Origin: Gemmatimonadales bacterium | Lineage (GTDB): Bacteria; Gemmatimonadota; Gemmatimonadetes; Gemmatimonadales; GWC2-71-9 | NCBI GenBank assembly: GCA_035576905.1 | Contig: DATLWA010000034.1 | Span: forward strand, 1-41,546 | Direction of reading: 5' to 3' | DNA length: 41,546 bases | In this document: positions 8,973-16,957 of the stretch, in pieces | Layout: every line of letters begins with the position of its first letter | Position numbering within the stretch: the first letter of the stretch is position 1 | Program-made: the position numbers and the translations under genes | Notes under the pieces: model-generated | What the model saw: only the letters and a program-made list of their open reading frames with translations | The model's database searches: none | What the model was told of the DNA's origin: nothing

Positions 8973-9103
8973 GGTTGGTTCTCCGGAGAAAGGTGACGGA
9001 ACGTGGAGCGGAATCGAGGGGGGAAATCATATCGCCATTCTGGATGGGCGCGCCATCCCTGAATCGCCCCGCCAACGGGCGGCGTAGGGCGGGGAGCCTT
9101 CTC

Positions 9104-9835
9104 ATGGCTACCCTCGAGCAGCTCCGAATTGAGGTCGACCGCGAATGGCGCGCCGCGCACCGTCCGCGGCCCGTCGTCGTGCCCGCCGTGCCGCGCCGCC
9201 CGGGTGTCGGGCGGGCGGTGCTGATCGCCGCGCTGCGCGTCGCCGTGATTCTCCTGCTGCCGTTCGTCGTCTTGGTCCGCTCATCGGTGTTTCTCTACGC
9301 CCGGCGCGGCGCGCCCACGTGGCTGGCGCTCTTGGGCGGCGCCGTGCTCACGCTGCTCGTGGTCACTGTCTACGCGGCGTGGCTGTCGCACCGGCTTTCG
9401 GGCCGGGCCCGTGTGGGTGCGATGGCGAAGTGGGTGGCGGGTCCCCTGGTCATCGCCTACTGCGGCTATGCGCTGTTGTATCTGTCGGCGTTGCACGCCA
9501 AGTCGCCGGTGGTGCAGGCGGAGTATCGCGCGGTCCACCCGTTGTTGCGCATCGCCGTGGCGACGTTGACGCTGGCCGATCGCGGCCTCGTCATCACCGA
9601 CCTCGAGCGCGTGCCCGCCGACTATCCGGCCATGGGCCTGCCGGTCTATGACGGCTCGCTGCACTACGTGCAGGCGGACGGTTGGGCCCACGCCATGGAC
9701 CTGCGCACCAGCGGCCGCGGCATGCTCGCGAACGCGCTGCGCCAGCTCTACTTTGCGGCGATGGGCTTCGGCACGCTGCGTCACGTGGGCACGGCGGACC
9801 ACCTGCACGTCGAGCTGGCCTTACCCCGGCGCTAG
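9104..9835 (+). CDS. Membrane protein (3-4 TM helices) with a C-terminal LAS/peptidase-M15-like metal-site signature
   Basis: ATG at 9104 gives MATLEQLRIEVDREW. TM helices span aa ~35-150. The C-terminal domain contains SLHYVQADGWAHAMDL followed by GTADHLHVEL. This loosely resembles the SxH...AxD / DxxHxE zinc site of VanY/M15-type D,D-peptidases. Confidence 0.45.
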   Translation: MATLEQLRIEVDREWRAAHRPRPVVVPAVPRRPGVGRAVLIAALRVAVILLLPFVVLVRSSVFLYARRGAPTWLALLGGAVLTLLVVTVYAAWLSHRLSGRARVGAMAKWVAGPLVIAYCGYALLYLSALHAKSPVVQAEYRAVHPLLRIAVATLTLADRGLVITDLERVPADYPAMGLPVYDGSLHYVQADGWAHAMDLRTSGRGMLANALRQLYFAAMGFGTLRHVGTADHLHVELALPRR

Positions 9836-10725
9836 GCTGTCGCCCGCCGCGGCTGGCGCATCCGCTTTACCGCGAACCAGCCCAGCACAGCCACCACGAC
9901 GAGCGGTCCCACCACGCCCAGCGCCTCGATGGCGATCGCCACCAGGGCCACAAAATTGCGCCAGCCCTGCGCGAACGACGCCGCGATCACGCTGAAACTG
10001 CCCTGCTCGCCGACGATCGGCGCCGGCTCGTGCACCGTGATGGACAGGGAGCTGGTCGCTGCGTGGGCCTTGAGGTAACGCAACCGGCCTTCATAGCGCT
10101 CGATCTCTTCCCGCACCCGTCCCAGCTCCTGCTCCAGCTCGATCACGTCCGCCAGCTTGCCCGTGTGAGTGCTGAGCAGGTCCAGCAGGCGGGCCTCGAA
10201 CCGCTTGTCGTTCTGCACGCGCGCGCTCACGTCCACGAACTCCTCGCCCACATCTTCGGCCGTCACGTTGATCGATTCGACTTTGCCGATGGGCTTGAGG
10301 CCCTGCAGCGCCTCCTCGAAACGCTCCGACGGCACTTTGACCTCGATCGTCGCGGAGTGGAAGCGTTCCTGCCCGGTCTGGATCTCAGTGTTGGCGATGT
10401 AGCCGCCCACACGCTCGGCCAACACGCGCACGCGGGCGATGGCGGCGGGCAGGGAGTCCACCTCGACCGCCACCTGGCCGGTGCGAATGATCATCGCGGA
10501 AAGGGCTGTGGCGGTGGTGATGCGGCCGAAGGGGTCCGCCGGTGCGGCTGCCGCGCCGACGCCCGACGCTTGCTCCCGGCTCAACGCGAGGTCGGGTCGC
10601 GCCTCCGTGTAACCGCGACTGCTGAACTTGTCTCGGAACAACTGTCGATCTGGAGTCTTCGACTCCTGCACGCCGCAGGCGGTGAGGAGCGCGGCGAGTA
10701 CCGCGAGGGCGATGGCGCGTGACAT
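9832..10725 (-). CDS. DUF4349-family lipoprotein with a C-terminal TM anchor
   Basis: ATG at 10725 is preceded by AGGAGA. The lipobox reads LAALLTAC|G. The blocks AMIIRTGQVAVEVDSL, ATIEVKVPSERFEEAL, VTAEDVGEEFVDVSARVQN and LELEQELGRVREEIERYEG, plus a hydrophobic C-terminus, match the DUF4349 layout as I remember it. Confidence 0.65.
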   Translation of the reverse strand: MSRAIALAVLAALLTACGVQESKTPDRQLFRDKFSSRGYTEARPDLALSREQASGVGAAAAPADPFGRITTATALSAMIIRTGQVAVEVDSLPAAIARVRVLAERVGGYIANTEIQTGQERFHSATIEVKVPSERFEEALQGLKPIGKVESINVTAEDVGEEFVDVSARVQNDKRFEARLLDLLSTHTGKLADVIELEQELGRVREEIERYEGRLRYLKAHAATSSLSITVHEPAPIVGEQGSFSVIAASFAQGWRNFVALVAIAIEALGVVGPLVVVAVLGWFAVKRMRQPRRATA

Positions 10726-10789
10726 GGGTGTCTCCTGGGTTAGCGCTGCTCCCAAGAGACGGGGGACCCCTCAGACCTTGCACACCACC

Positions 10790-11614
10790 TTACGCCCCGA
10801 ACAGCCGCTGCAGGTCCGCGTGCGTGATCGTGGCTGCCGCGATCGCCCCATATGTGCCGCGCTCCAGCAGCTCCCGCGCGCCGAGCTGCGCCACGCTGTA
10901 GGCCGCGCGCGCCAGCCCCGATCCCACGCTCACCCGCCGCACACCCAGCCGCTCCAGCTCCGCCACCGGCGGCGACACTTTCGTCCCCAACACGTTGATC
11001 GGGCCGCGAATCTGCTTCACGAGCCGGGCGATGGTGTCGCGATCGCTCGTGAACGGCACGAACGCGCAGTCGGCGCCCGCCGCGAGATACAGATTGGCGC
11101 GCCGCACCGCCTCGGCGAAGCGCTGGGCGTCGCTGCCCGGCGCTTCGAACGCGTCGGTGCGCGCATTGATCACCAGCGGCACGCCCGCGGCCGTCGCCGC
11201 CTGGCGCGCGGCGCGCACCCGCTCGGCATGCAGCTCGGCAGCGAGCAGGCCGTTTTCCCCGCCGTCCTCGAGGTTCATCCCCACGGCGCCCGCCGCGATG
11301 ACGCCGCGCGCCGTCTCCGCCGCCGCGTCGGCCGTGACACCGTAGCCGCCCTCGACGTCGGCCGTGACCGGGACGTCCACCGCCGCCGCGATGCGCTGGA
11401 TCATGTCGAGCATCTCCGCCCGCGGGATGCGCTGGCCGTCGGCGTACCCCAGTGCGTAGGCGACGCCGGCGCTGGAGGTGGCGATCGCCGGCGCGCCCAG
11501 GGCCGCGATGAGGCGCGCGCTCGCCACATCCCACGCGTTGGCCAACACCAGCGTGTGGGGACCCGCGTGCAGGCGGCGTAACTGTTCGGCTTTTTCCCGC
11601 AAGACGGCGGTCAT
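10790..11614 (-). CDS. Isocitrate lyase / PEP mutase superfamily protein (2-methylisocitrate lyase / carboxyvinyl-carboxyphosphonate phosphorylmutase-like)
   Basis: ATG at 11614 gives MTAVLREKAEQLRRLHAGPHTLVLANAWDVASARL. The blocks VTADVEGGYG, GMNLEDG and VINARTDAF are hallmark motifs of the ICL/PEPM TIM barrel. The rest of the 579-aa track ORF is an in-frame read-through antisense to the next gene. Confidence 0.8.
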   Translation of the reverse strand: MTAVLREKAEQLRRLHAGPHTLVLANAWDVASARLIAALGAPAIATSSAGVAYALGYADGQRIPRAEMLDMIQRIAAAVDVPVTADVEGGYGVTADAAAETARGVIAAGAVGMNLEDGGENGLLAAELHAERVRAARQAATAAGVPLVINARTDAFEAPGSDAQRFAEAVRRANLYLAAGADCAFVPFTSDRDTIARLVKQIRGPINVLGTKVSPPVAELERLGVRRVSVGSGLARAAYSVAQLGARELLERGTYGAIAAATITHADLQRLFGA

Positions 11615-11638
11615 GCGTGCAGCCCTCCGGTGGTGAGG

Positions 11639-13030
11639 ATGGCGGATGTGCTTCATCTTATTCCCACCATGGCGCGCGTCCAGGAGCTGCTGCGGTTCTG
11701 GTTCGGGCTGAGCGAGCCCGTGCCGCGGGGCCGCTACTTCCGCCACGGCGCGGCGCTGATGGCGTTCAAGTACGCCGTCGATTCGCTGCTCGTGTGGGGC
11801 GTGACCGGGCACGCCTGGCGCCCATTTGATTACATCAATCCGGTGTGGAGCGTGCGTTCCGCGGCGATCGGGCACATGCCCACCTGGCTCAACCTCGTCT
11901 TCGCGGTGTGGACGCTCCCGTTCTTGTGGATCGGGGTGGCGCTGACGTTGCGACGCCTGGTCGATGCCGGGCGCACGCCATGGCTGTCGCTGCTGTTCTT
12001 CATTCCCTACATCAATTACGCGTTGATGCTGTTGCTGTCCGTCCTTCCCACGGCCGCGCATGCGCCGGCGGTGCGACAGGCCGAGTTCCGGCGCCAGGGA
12101 CAGCTGCTGCGGGAAGCGCTGGTGGGGATCGCGGCGGGTCTGGCGGTGAGCGTGCCGACGGTGCTGATCAGCGTCTTCATCGTGAAGAGCTACTCCACGC
12201 CGCTGTTTCTCGGCACCCCGTTCTCGCTCGGCGCCATCACTGCGTATTTCGTGAACCGCAACGGCCAGCGTTCGCTGGGCGACACGCTGCGGGCGGTGAC
12301 CGCGGGGCTGTTGTTTCTGACGGGCGTGATGTTTTTGTTCGCGATCGAAGGAGTGGTCTGCCTGCTGATGGCCCTGCCGCTGGCGATCGTCGTCGCGGGC
12401 CTGGGCGCGATTCTGGGCCGGGCCATCGCCCGACTCGATCCCGACGCCGCGGCGCCGGCGTCGTTGATGGTGCTGATCCTGCCGGCCCTCACGGTGGTCG
12501 ACGCCCGCGTGGCGCCGCGGCCGCCGCACGAGGTGGTCACCAGCATCGACATCGCGGCGCCACCGCAGCGCGTCTGGGAGAACGTGATACGGTTTTCGGA
12601 CCTCGCGCCGCCCACCGAGTGGCTGTTCCGCGTGGGGGTCGCCTATCCCGAGCGCGCGCGCATCGAAGGCACGGGCGTCGGCGCGATTCGCTATTGCGAG
12701 TTCTCGACGGGCGCGTTCGTCGAGCCGATCACGGAGTGGCGGGCGCCCGAGCGGCTGACGTTCGACGTCACCGCCCAGCCGCCGACGATGACGGAGCTGT
12801 CACCCTACCGGTCGATGCAGCCGGCGCACCTGCGCGGCTACTTCCGGGCCACGCAGGGGCAGTTCGATCTGGTGCCGCTGCCCGGCGGTGGCACACGGCT
12901 GATCGGCACGACGCGCTACGACATCCAGATGTACCCGCAGACCTACTGGTCGCTGCTGGCGGACGCCGTCGTCGGGCGCATTCACATGCGCGTCTTGCGC
13001 CACATCAAGGCGTTGGCCGAGGCGCCCTGA
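11639..13030 (+). CDS. Fusion protein: DUF805-like polytopic membrane domain plus a C-terminal SRPBCC (START / polyketide-cyclase-like) domain
   Basis: The DUF805 signature reads WIGVALTLRRLVDAGRTPWLSLLFFIPYINYALMLLL, and further TM helices follow. The C-terminal ~170 aa (IDIAAPPQRVWENVIRFSDL...LTFDV...GGTRLIGTTRYDIQMYP) looks like an SRPBCC ligand-binding fold. The start is uncertain (GTG 11630, ATG 11639 or ATG 11669). Confidence 0.55.
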   Translation: MADVLHLIPTMARVQELLRFWFGLSEPVPRGRYFRHGAALMAFKYAVDSLLVWGVTGHAWRPFDYINPVWSVRSAAIGHMPTWLNLVFAVWTLPFLWIGVALTLRRLVDAGRTPWLSLLFFIPYINYALMLLLSVLPTAAHAPAVRQAEFRRQGQLLREALVGIAAGLAVSVPTVLISVFIVKSYSTPLFLGTPFSLGAITAYFVNRNGQRSLGDTLRAVTAGLLFLTGVMFLFAIEGVVCLLMALPLAIVVAGLGAILGRAIARLDPDAAAPASLMVLILPALTVVDARVAPRPPHEVVTSIDIAAPPQRVWENVIRFSDLAPPTEWLFRVGVAYPERARIEGTGVGAIRYCEFSTGAFVEPITEWRAPERLTFDVTAQPPTMTELSPYRSMQPAHLRGYFRATQGQFDLVPLPGGGTRLIGTTRYDIQMYPQTYWSLLADAVVGRIHMRVLRHIKALAEAP

Positions 13031-13715
13031 ACAGCGAATCGGCGAGCGGCTTTCCCGTCCTGATGTCGTCGTACTCCTCGAGCCACACCTGGCGGCCGTC
13101 CACCAGGAATTCGACCCGCGGCGACACCCACACTGGCCCCACGGCGCGGTAGCTCTCGAACCGCGTCTCGTTTGTGCGGGTCGTGTCGCGGCGCCCGGGC
13201 TCCAGCATCCGCACGAACACCAGCCGGTCCCGCTCGACCCAAAACTGCTTCGTGCGCAAATCGCCCGCTTTGGCGCCGACGACGTAGACCGGCCGGCCCT
13301 CCCAGCTGTCTTCGTGGACCACGGACAGATCGATGCCCAGTGCTTTCAGTTTCGCGAGGCTCGTCGCGACCGGCTGGGCGTACACATCAAACCCCAGCAC
13401 CATCAATGGATGGATCAGCGCCTCGGCGTGCGCCAGCGTATCGCGGTGCCGGACGTACTCGCTGTCGTTCGCGAACAACAGACCGTTCCCCGAGTCGGGG
13501 AGGAAGTCGATACGCAACCGGCCGGGAATGCGCGCGTCTTCGTGCCACGTGGAGTGCTCCTGGGAGCCGTCGGCCTTGGTGGCCGTGTTGTGCTGCACGA
13601 AGCTCAGCGTCGTATACCACTTGCCGGCGTAACGGTCGTGCATCGCGCGGATCACGTCTGCACCGGTATGAACAGCGGGACCCTGCAGGGCGAGGGCGAA
13701 CCAAAGAACGTGCAT
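13005..13715 (-). CDS. Exported LolA/RseB-like (lipoprotein-carrier fold) protein of unknown function; last gene of the two-component operon
   Basis: 236 aa. AGGAGA sits 7 nt upstream of the ATG and overlaps the response-regulator stop. The pattern GADVIRAMHDRYAGKWYTTLSF...RIPGRLRIDF...LLFANDSEYV is reminiscent of LolA-like half-barrel proteins. The N-terminus is unusually short and uncharged (MHVLWFALALQGP). Confidence 0.45.
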   Translation of the reverse strand: MHVLWFALALQGPAVHTGADVIRAMHDRYAGKWYTTLSFVQHNTATKADGSQEHSTWHEDARIPGRLRIDFLPDSGNGLLFANDSEYVRHRDTLAHAEALIHPLMVLGFDVYAQPVATSLAKLKALGIDLSVVHEDSWEGRPVYVVGAKAGDLRTKQFWVERDRLVFVRMLEPGRRDTTRTNETRFESYRAVGPVWVSPRVEFLVDGRQVWLEEYDDIRTGKPLADSLFRAPRPTP

Positions 13716-13724
13716 ACGTGTCTC

Positions 13725-14417
13725 CTATCGCTCGAGGCGGTAACCTGCCTTGCGAACCGTCAGGATGTGTTTCGGCTGCGCCGCGTCTTGTTCCAACTTG
13801 CTGCGCAGCTCGGCAACGTGCGTGTCCACGGTGCGCGACAGCACGCTCGCGCTGTAACCCCACACTTCGGTGAGTAGCTCGGTGCGCGAGGCGACCGCAC
13901 CCCGGCGCCGCAGCAGCGCGATGAGCAGGTCGTATTCCTTGGGCGTGAGCGTGACGGCCTTGCCGTGCCGCAGCACGGCGCGGGACGCGGGGACCACTTC
14001 CACGTCGCCGAAGCGCTCGCGGTCGGCGAGCGTCGCGGGGACCATCGCCGCCGCTCCGGCGCGGCGGAACAAGGCCTCGACGCGGGCGAGCAGCTCGAGC
14101 ACGCCGAAGGGTTTGGTGACGTAGTCGTCCGCGCCCAGGCGCAGGCCGCGCACCTTGTCGCCTTCTTCGCCGCGCGCCGTGAGCACGAGGATCGGCAGGC
14201 GCCGGCCCTCGTCGCGCAGCGCCCGCAGCACGCGGAAGCCGTCCATGCCCGGGAGCATGAGGTCGAGGATGATGAGGTCGGGTCCGGCGGTGCGCGCCAG
14301 GGCGAGTCCGCGCGTGCCGTCGCCCGCGACGTCGACCTTGTAGCCCTCGATCTCGAGATTGTTGCGCAGGCCGTAGGCGAGATCGGCGTTGTCTTCGACC
14401 ACCAGCACGCGCTTCAT
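13725..14417 (-). CDS. OmpR/PhoB-family response regulator
   Basis: ATG at 14417 gives MKRVLVVEDNADLAYGL. The receiver Asp lies in DLIILDLMLPGMDG, and KP occurs in YVTKPF. The winged-helix region contains LTPKEYDLLIALL and ends in LTVRKAGYRLE. The start overlaps the kinase stop (ATGA). Confidence 0.9.
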   Translation of the reverse strand: MKRVLVVEDNADLAYGLRNNLEIEGYKVDVAGDGTRGLALARTAGPDLIILDLMLPGMDGFRVLRALRDEGRRLPILVLTARGEEGDKVRGLRLGADDYVTKPFGVLELLARVEALFRRAGAAAMVPATLADRERFGDVEVVPASRAVLRHGKAVTLTPKEYDLLIALLRRRGAVASRTELLTEVWGYSASVLSRTVDTHVAELRSKLEQDAAQPKHILTVRKAGYRLER

Positions 14418-16024
14418 ACGGGCACCTCGATCACGAAGCGCGCGCCGCCCGTCGGCGCATCCTCCACCCACGTGCGGCCGCCGTGCAGCTCGGCCAGCTC
14501 GCGCACCACGGCGAGGCCGATGCCCGTGCCGGCCACCGCCGAGCCGCGGTCGCGCTGCAGCCGCCAGAACCGCTCCCAGATGCGCTCGCGATCACCCTGC
14601 GGCACACCCGGTCCCTCGTCGTCCACCAGTACGCGCGCGCTGCCGTTCTCGGCGGCGAGCACCACGGCGATGCGCTGGCCCTCGGGGCCGTATTTCACCG
14701 CGTTGTCGAGCAGGTTGATGAGCATCTGGCGCAGCGCGTCGGCGTCGACGGGGGCTACGACATTGGCGCCCTCCGGCGCGACGATGCGCATGCGCCGCGC
14801 CGCCGCGATCGGCGCGAAGTTCTCGACCACTTCGCACACCAGCGGCGCGAGCAGAGTGGGCGCCGCATGGATTTCGGTGATGCGCCGCTCGGTGCGCGAG
14901 AAGTGCAGCAGGTTCTCGACCAGGTGGGTGAGGCGGCGGGCCTCCTGGTCCATGATTTCGATCGAGCGCTGGCGTTCTTCGTCGGAGCGTACGCGGTCGA
15001 GCAGCAGGGTCTCCGAGAACATGCGGATCTGCGCCAGCGGCGTGCGCAGCTCGTGCGACACGCTGGAGACGAAGTCCGACCGCAGCCGCGACAGCTCGTA
15101 CTCGCGGCGCAGCTGGAACAGGGCGGCGGCGATCAGTCCGGCGGTGAGAATGAGCAGGCCCAGCGTCAACGGCAGGCGCGAGCGCGGTAGCCCGCCGATC
15201 ACCAGCTTGCCCGCCATCTCCGGGCGCAGGGCGATCTCCACGCGCATCCGTCCGGCCATCACGTCGACCGTGTCGCGCGCGGCGAAGTCGGACTGATACT
15301 GCACAGCGGTGCGATACAGCTCGCCGCCCGCGCCGTCGACGATGCGTACCGAGCCCATCGAGTCGTACACCACGCCGTGCGTCAGCGAGGGCGGCAGCAG
15401 CGGCGCGCTCTCCACCGTGAAGCGCACGAACGGCATGATGGCGTCGGCATCCACGTCGGCGCCCGTCGCCACGATCACCGCGCCGTCGGGCGCGCGATCG
15501 AACGTGTACAGAATCACGTGCCCGCGGGCCGGCCCCACGCCGATCACGCCGCCCATGCGCCATTCCTTGGGCAGGCGCGACTCGGCGATGAGCCGCAGCG
15601 TGTCCACGGCCCAGGCCGCGATCTGATCGGGGATGCGGCCGCGCGACTGCAGGCGGCGGGTGCGGAAGTCGTAACGGTAGGTGGCGAGCGTGCGGCGCAC
15701 GAACTGGCGGGTCAGCGCCTCGGTGTCGGCGGGCACGAGCGTGCGCGGGTCGGGCAGCGCGCCGCCGCCCTTGGCGACGCCGCGCCGCACCGCGTCGAGT
15801 TCGGGCACGAACCCGTAGAACCAGAGCGTCTGGCCGAGCCGCATGGCGAGGCGCGCGGCGGCGTACTGGGAGTAATCGCCCAGCACACGCTCGGCGGTGG
15901 CGCGGTGGTAGGTCACGGCCATCTGCGCCTGCACGGCCAGCAGGACGGCCACGAGTATCGCGCCGACCAGCAGCAGCGCCACGAAGGCGCCGCGATCGCG
16001 CGAGCCGAGCCGCCGCCCCGTCAT
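14414..16024 (-). CDS. Sensor histidine kinase (two TM helices, ~260-aa periplasmic domain, HisKA + HATPase_c)
   Basis: ATG at 16024 gives MTGRRLGSRDRGAFVALLLVGAILVAVLLAV. The H-box is SVSHELRTPLAQI, the N-box is INLLDNAVKY, G1 is VDDEGPGVP and G2 is GTGIGLAVV. The 127 upstream codons of the track ORF overlap the MBL gene and are rejected. Confidence 0.9.
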   Translation of the reverse strand: MTGRRLGSRDRGAFVALLLVGAILVAVLLAVQAQMAVTYHRATAERVLGDYSQYAAARLAMRLGQTLWFYGFVPELDAVRRGVAKGGGALPDPRTLVPADTEALTRQFVRRTLATYRYDFRTRRLQSRGRIPDQIAAWAVDTLRLIAESRLPKEWRMGGVIGVGPARGHVILYTFDRAPDGAVIVATGADVDADAIMPFVRFTVESAPLLPPSLTHGVVYDSMGSVRIVDGAGGELYRTAVQYQSDFAARDTVDVMAGRMRVEIALRPEMAGKLVIGGLPRSRLPLTLGLLILTAGLIAAALFQLRREYELSRLRSDFVSSVSHELRTPLAQIRMFSETLLLDRVRSDEERQRSIEIMDQEARRLTHLVENLLHFSRTERRITEIHAAPTLLAPLVCEVVENFAPIAAARRMRIVAPEGANVVAPVDADALRQMLINLLDNAVKYGPEGQRIAVVLAAENGSARVLVDDEGPGVPQGDRERIWERFWRLQRDRGSAVAGTGIGLAVVRELAELHGGRTWVEDAPTGGARFVIEVPV

Positions 16025-16032
16025 GCCGGAGT

Positions 16033-16929
16033 CTAATGCTTCGACAGGTCTTGGAACAGGATTTCCACGAGCCGATCGGGCGTCATGTTGCCGTGGTTCC
16101 ACTGAGCGTCGAAGTCGGCGGTGGGTTTCGCCGCCTTGACCTGATCGAGCGTTTTCCCGCGGCGGATGGCGGCGCGCACGCGGTCGCGCACGGTCGCCAG
16201 CATGTCGCGGAACGCTCTCAGCGCCACGCGGTCGCCCAAGGGTCCGTGGCCGGGGATGATCTTGGTGGCGGAATCCGCCATTGCGAGCATGCGGTCCGCC
16301 GCGCCCACCATGCCGTCCACCGAGCCGCCGGACGACAAGTCGACCAGCGGATACAGGCCATTCCAGAACGTGTCGCCGGCGTGAATGACGTTGGCGTGCT
16401 TCCACCGGATGATCACATCGCCGTCGGTGTGCGCGGGCGGGACGTGGAAGGCCTCGATCGAATCGCCGTTCAGGTAGAACGTCACCGCGTCGCTGAACGT
16501 CACGACCGGCAGCGCGATCGTGGGCGAGGCGCGGACCGTGTCGTGTATGGCGGCCACGAACTGGTCCACGCTCATGCGACGGCGCACGTTGTCCTGCGCG
16601 ATGATCAGCACGCCCGAGCGGGCGAACGTCTCGTTCCCGCCGGTGTGGTCCCAGTGCCAGTGCGTGTTGAGAATGAACCGGATCGGTCCCGAGTCGATCG
16701 CCGCGACGGCCGCGCGGATCTTCGGCGCCAGCGGCGCGAATTGGTCGTCGACCAGGATCACGCCGTCCGCGCCGGCCGACACGCCGATGTTCCCGCCCGC
16801 GCCCATCAACATGTAGACGCCGCTCGCGATCTTGAGCGTGCGCACCTGGACGGTGTCGAAATTGCGCTGGGCGGCGAGCAGGCCCGGCAGCGTGAGGGCG
16901 ATGCAGGCGACGAGGCGGCGAACGATCAC
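16033..16929 (-). CDS. Secreted MBL-fold metallo-hydrolase
   Basis: GTG start at 16929 is preceded by AGGAG. The signal peptide reads MIVRRLVACIALTLPGLLAA|Q. The zinc motif is LNTHWHWDHTGGN (HxHxDH), with later IHAGDTF and IIPGHG ligand-type motifs. Confidence 0.8.
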   Translation of the reverse strand: MIVRRLVACIALTLPGLLAAQRNFDTVQVRTLKIASGVYMLMGAGGNIGVSAGADGVILVDDQFAPLAPKIRAAVAAIDSGPIRFILNTHWHWDHTGGNETFARSGVLIIAQDNVRRRMSVDQFVAAIHDTVRASPTIALPVVTFSDAVTFYLNGDSIEAFHVPPAHTDGDVIIRWKHANVIHAGDTFWNGLYPLVDLSSGGSVDGMVGAADRMLAMADSATKIIPGHGPLGDRVALRAFRDMLATVRDRVRAAIRRGKTLDQVKAAKPTADFDAQWNHGNMTPDRLVEILFQDLSKH

Positions 16930-16957
16930 GAGTAGCTCCTGGCTGGCGGCTGACGGC

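Noticed and set aside
10790-11614. The ICL/PEP-mutase-family gene as the seed of a phosphonate biosynthesis cluster.
   Set aside because: No phosphonopyruvate decarboxylase, aminotransferase or other phosphonate-pathway genes are adjacent. The size (274 aa) and motifs fit the generic methylisocitrate-lyase-like subgroup equally well.
10790-12529. N-terminal extensions of several track ORFs. The ICL/PEPM ORF is listed as 579 aa. The same applies to 18581-21127 (848 aa), 25178-27001 (607 aa), 14414-16405 (663 aa), 7186-8292, 8975-9835, 3286-3801, 33808-34773, 34997-35803, 38361-39164 and 39468-40973.
   Set aside because: The extensions run through neighbouring genes (often antisense) and are compositionally junk. 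Internal starts with Shine-Dalgarno-like sequences, or sensible signal peptides and N-termini, give proteins of the expected family length.
16033-16929. The MBL-fold gene as an acquired beta-lactamase or carbapenemase resistance determinant.
   Set aside because: Only the generic HxHxDH zinc motif is visible. The gene is embedded in a chromosomal operon with a two-component system, and there are no mobile-element hallmarks. I cannot support a subclass B1/B3 assignment from the sequence alone.
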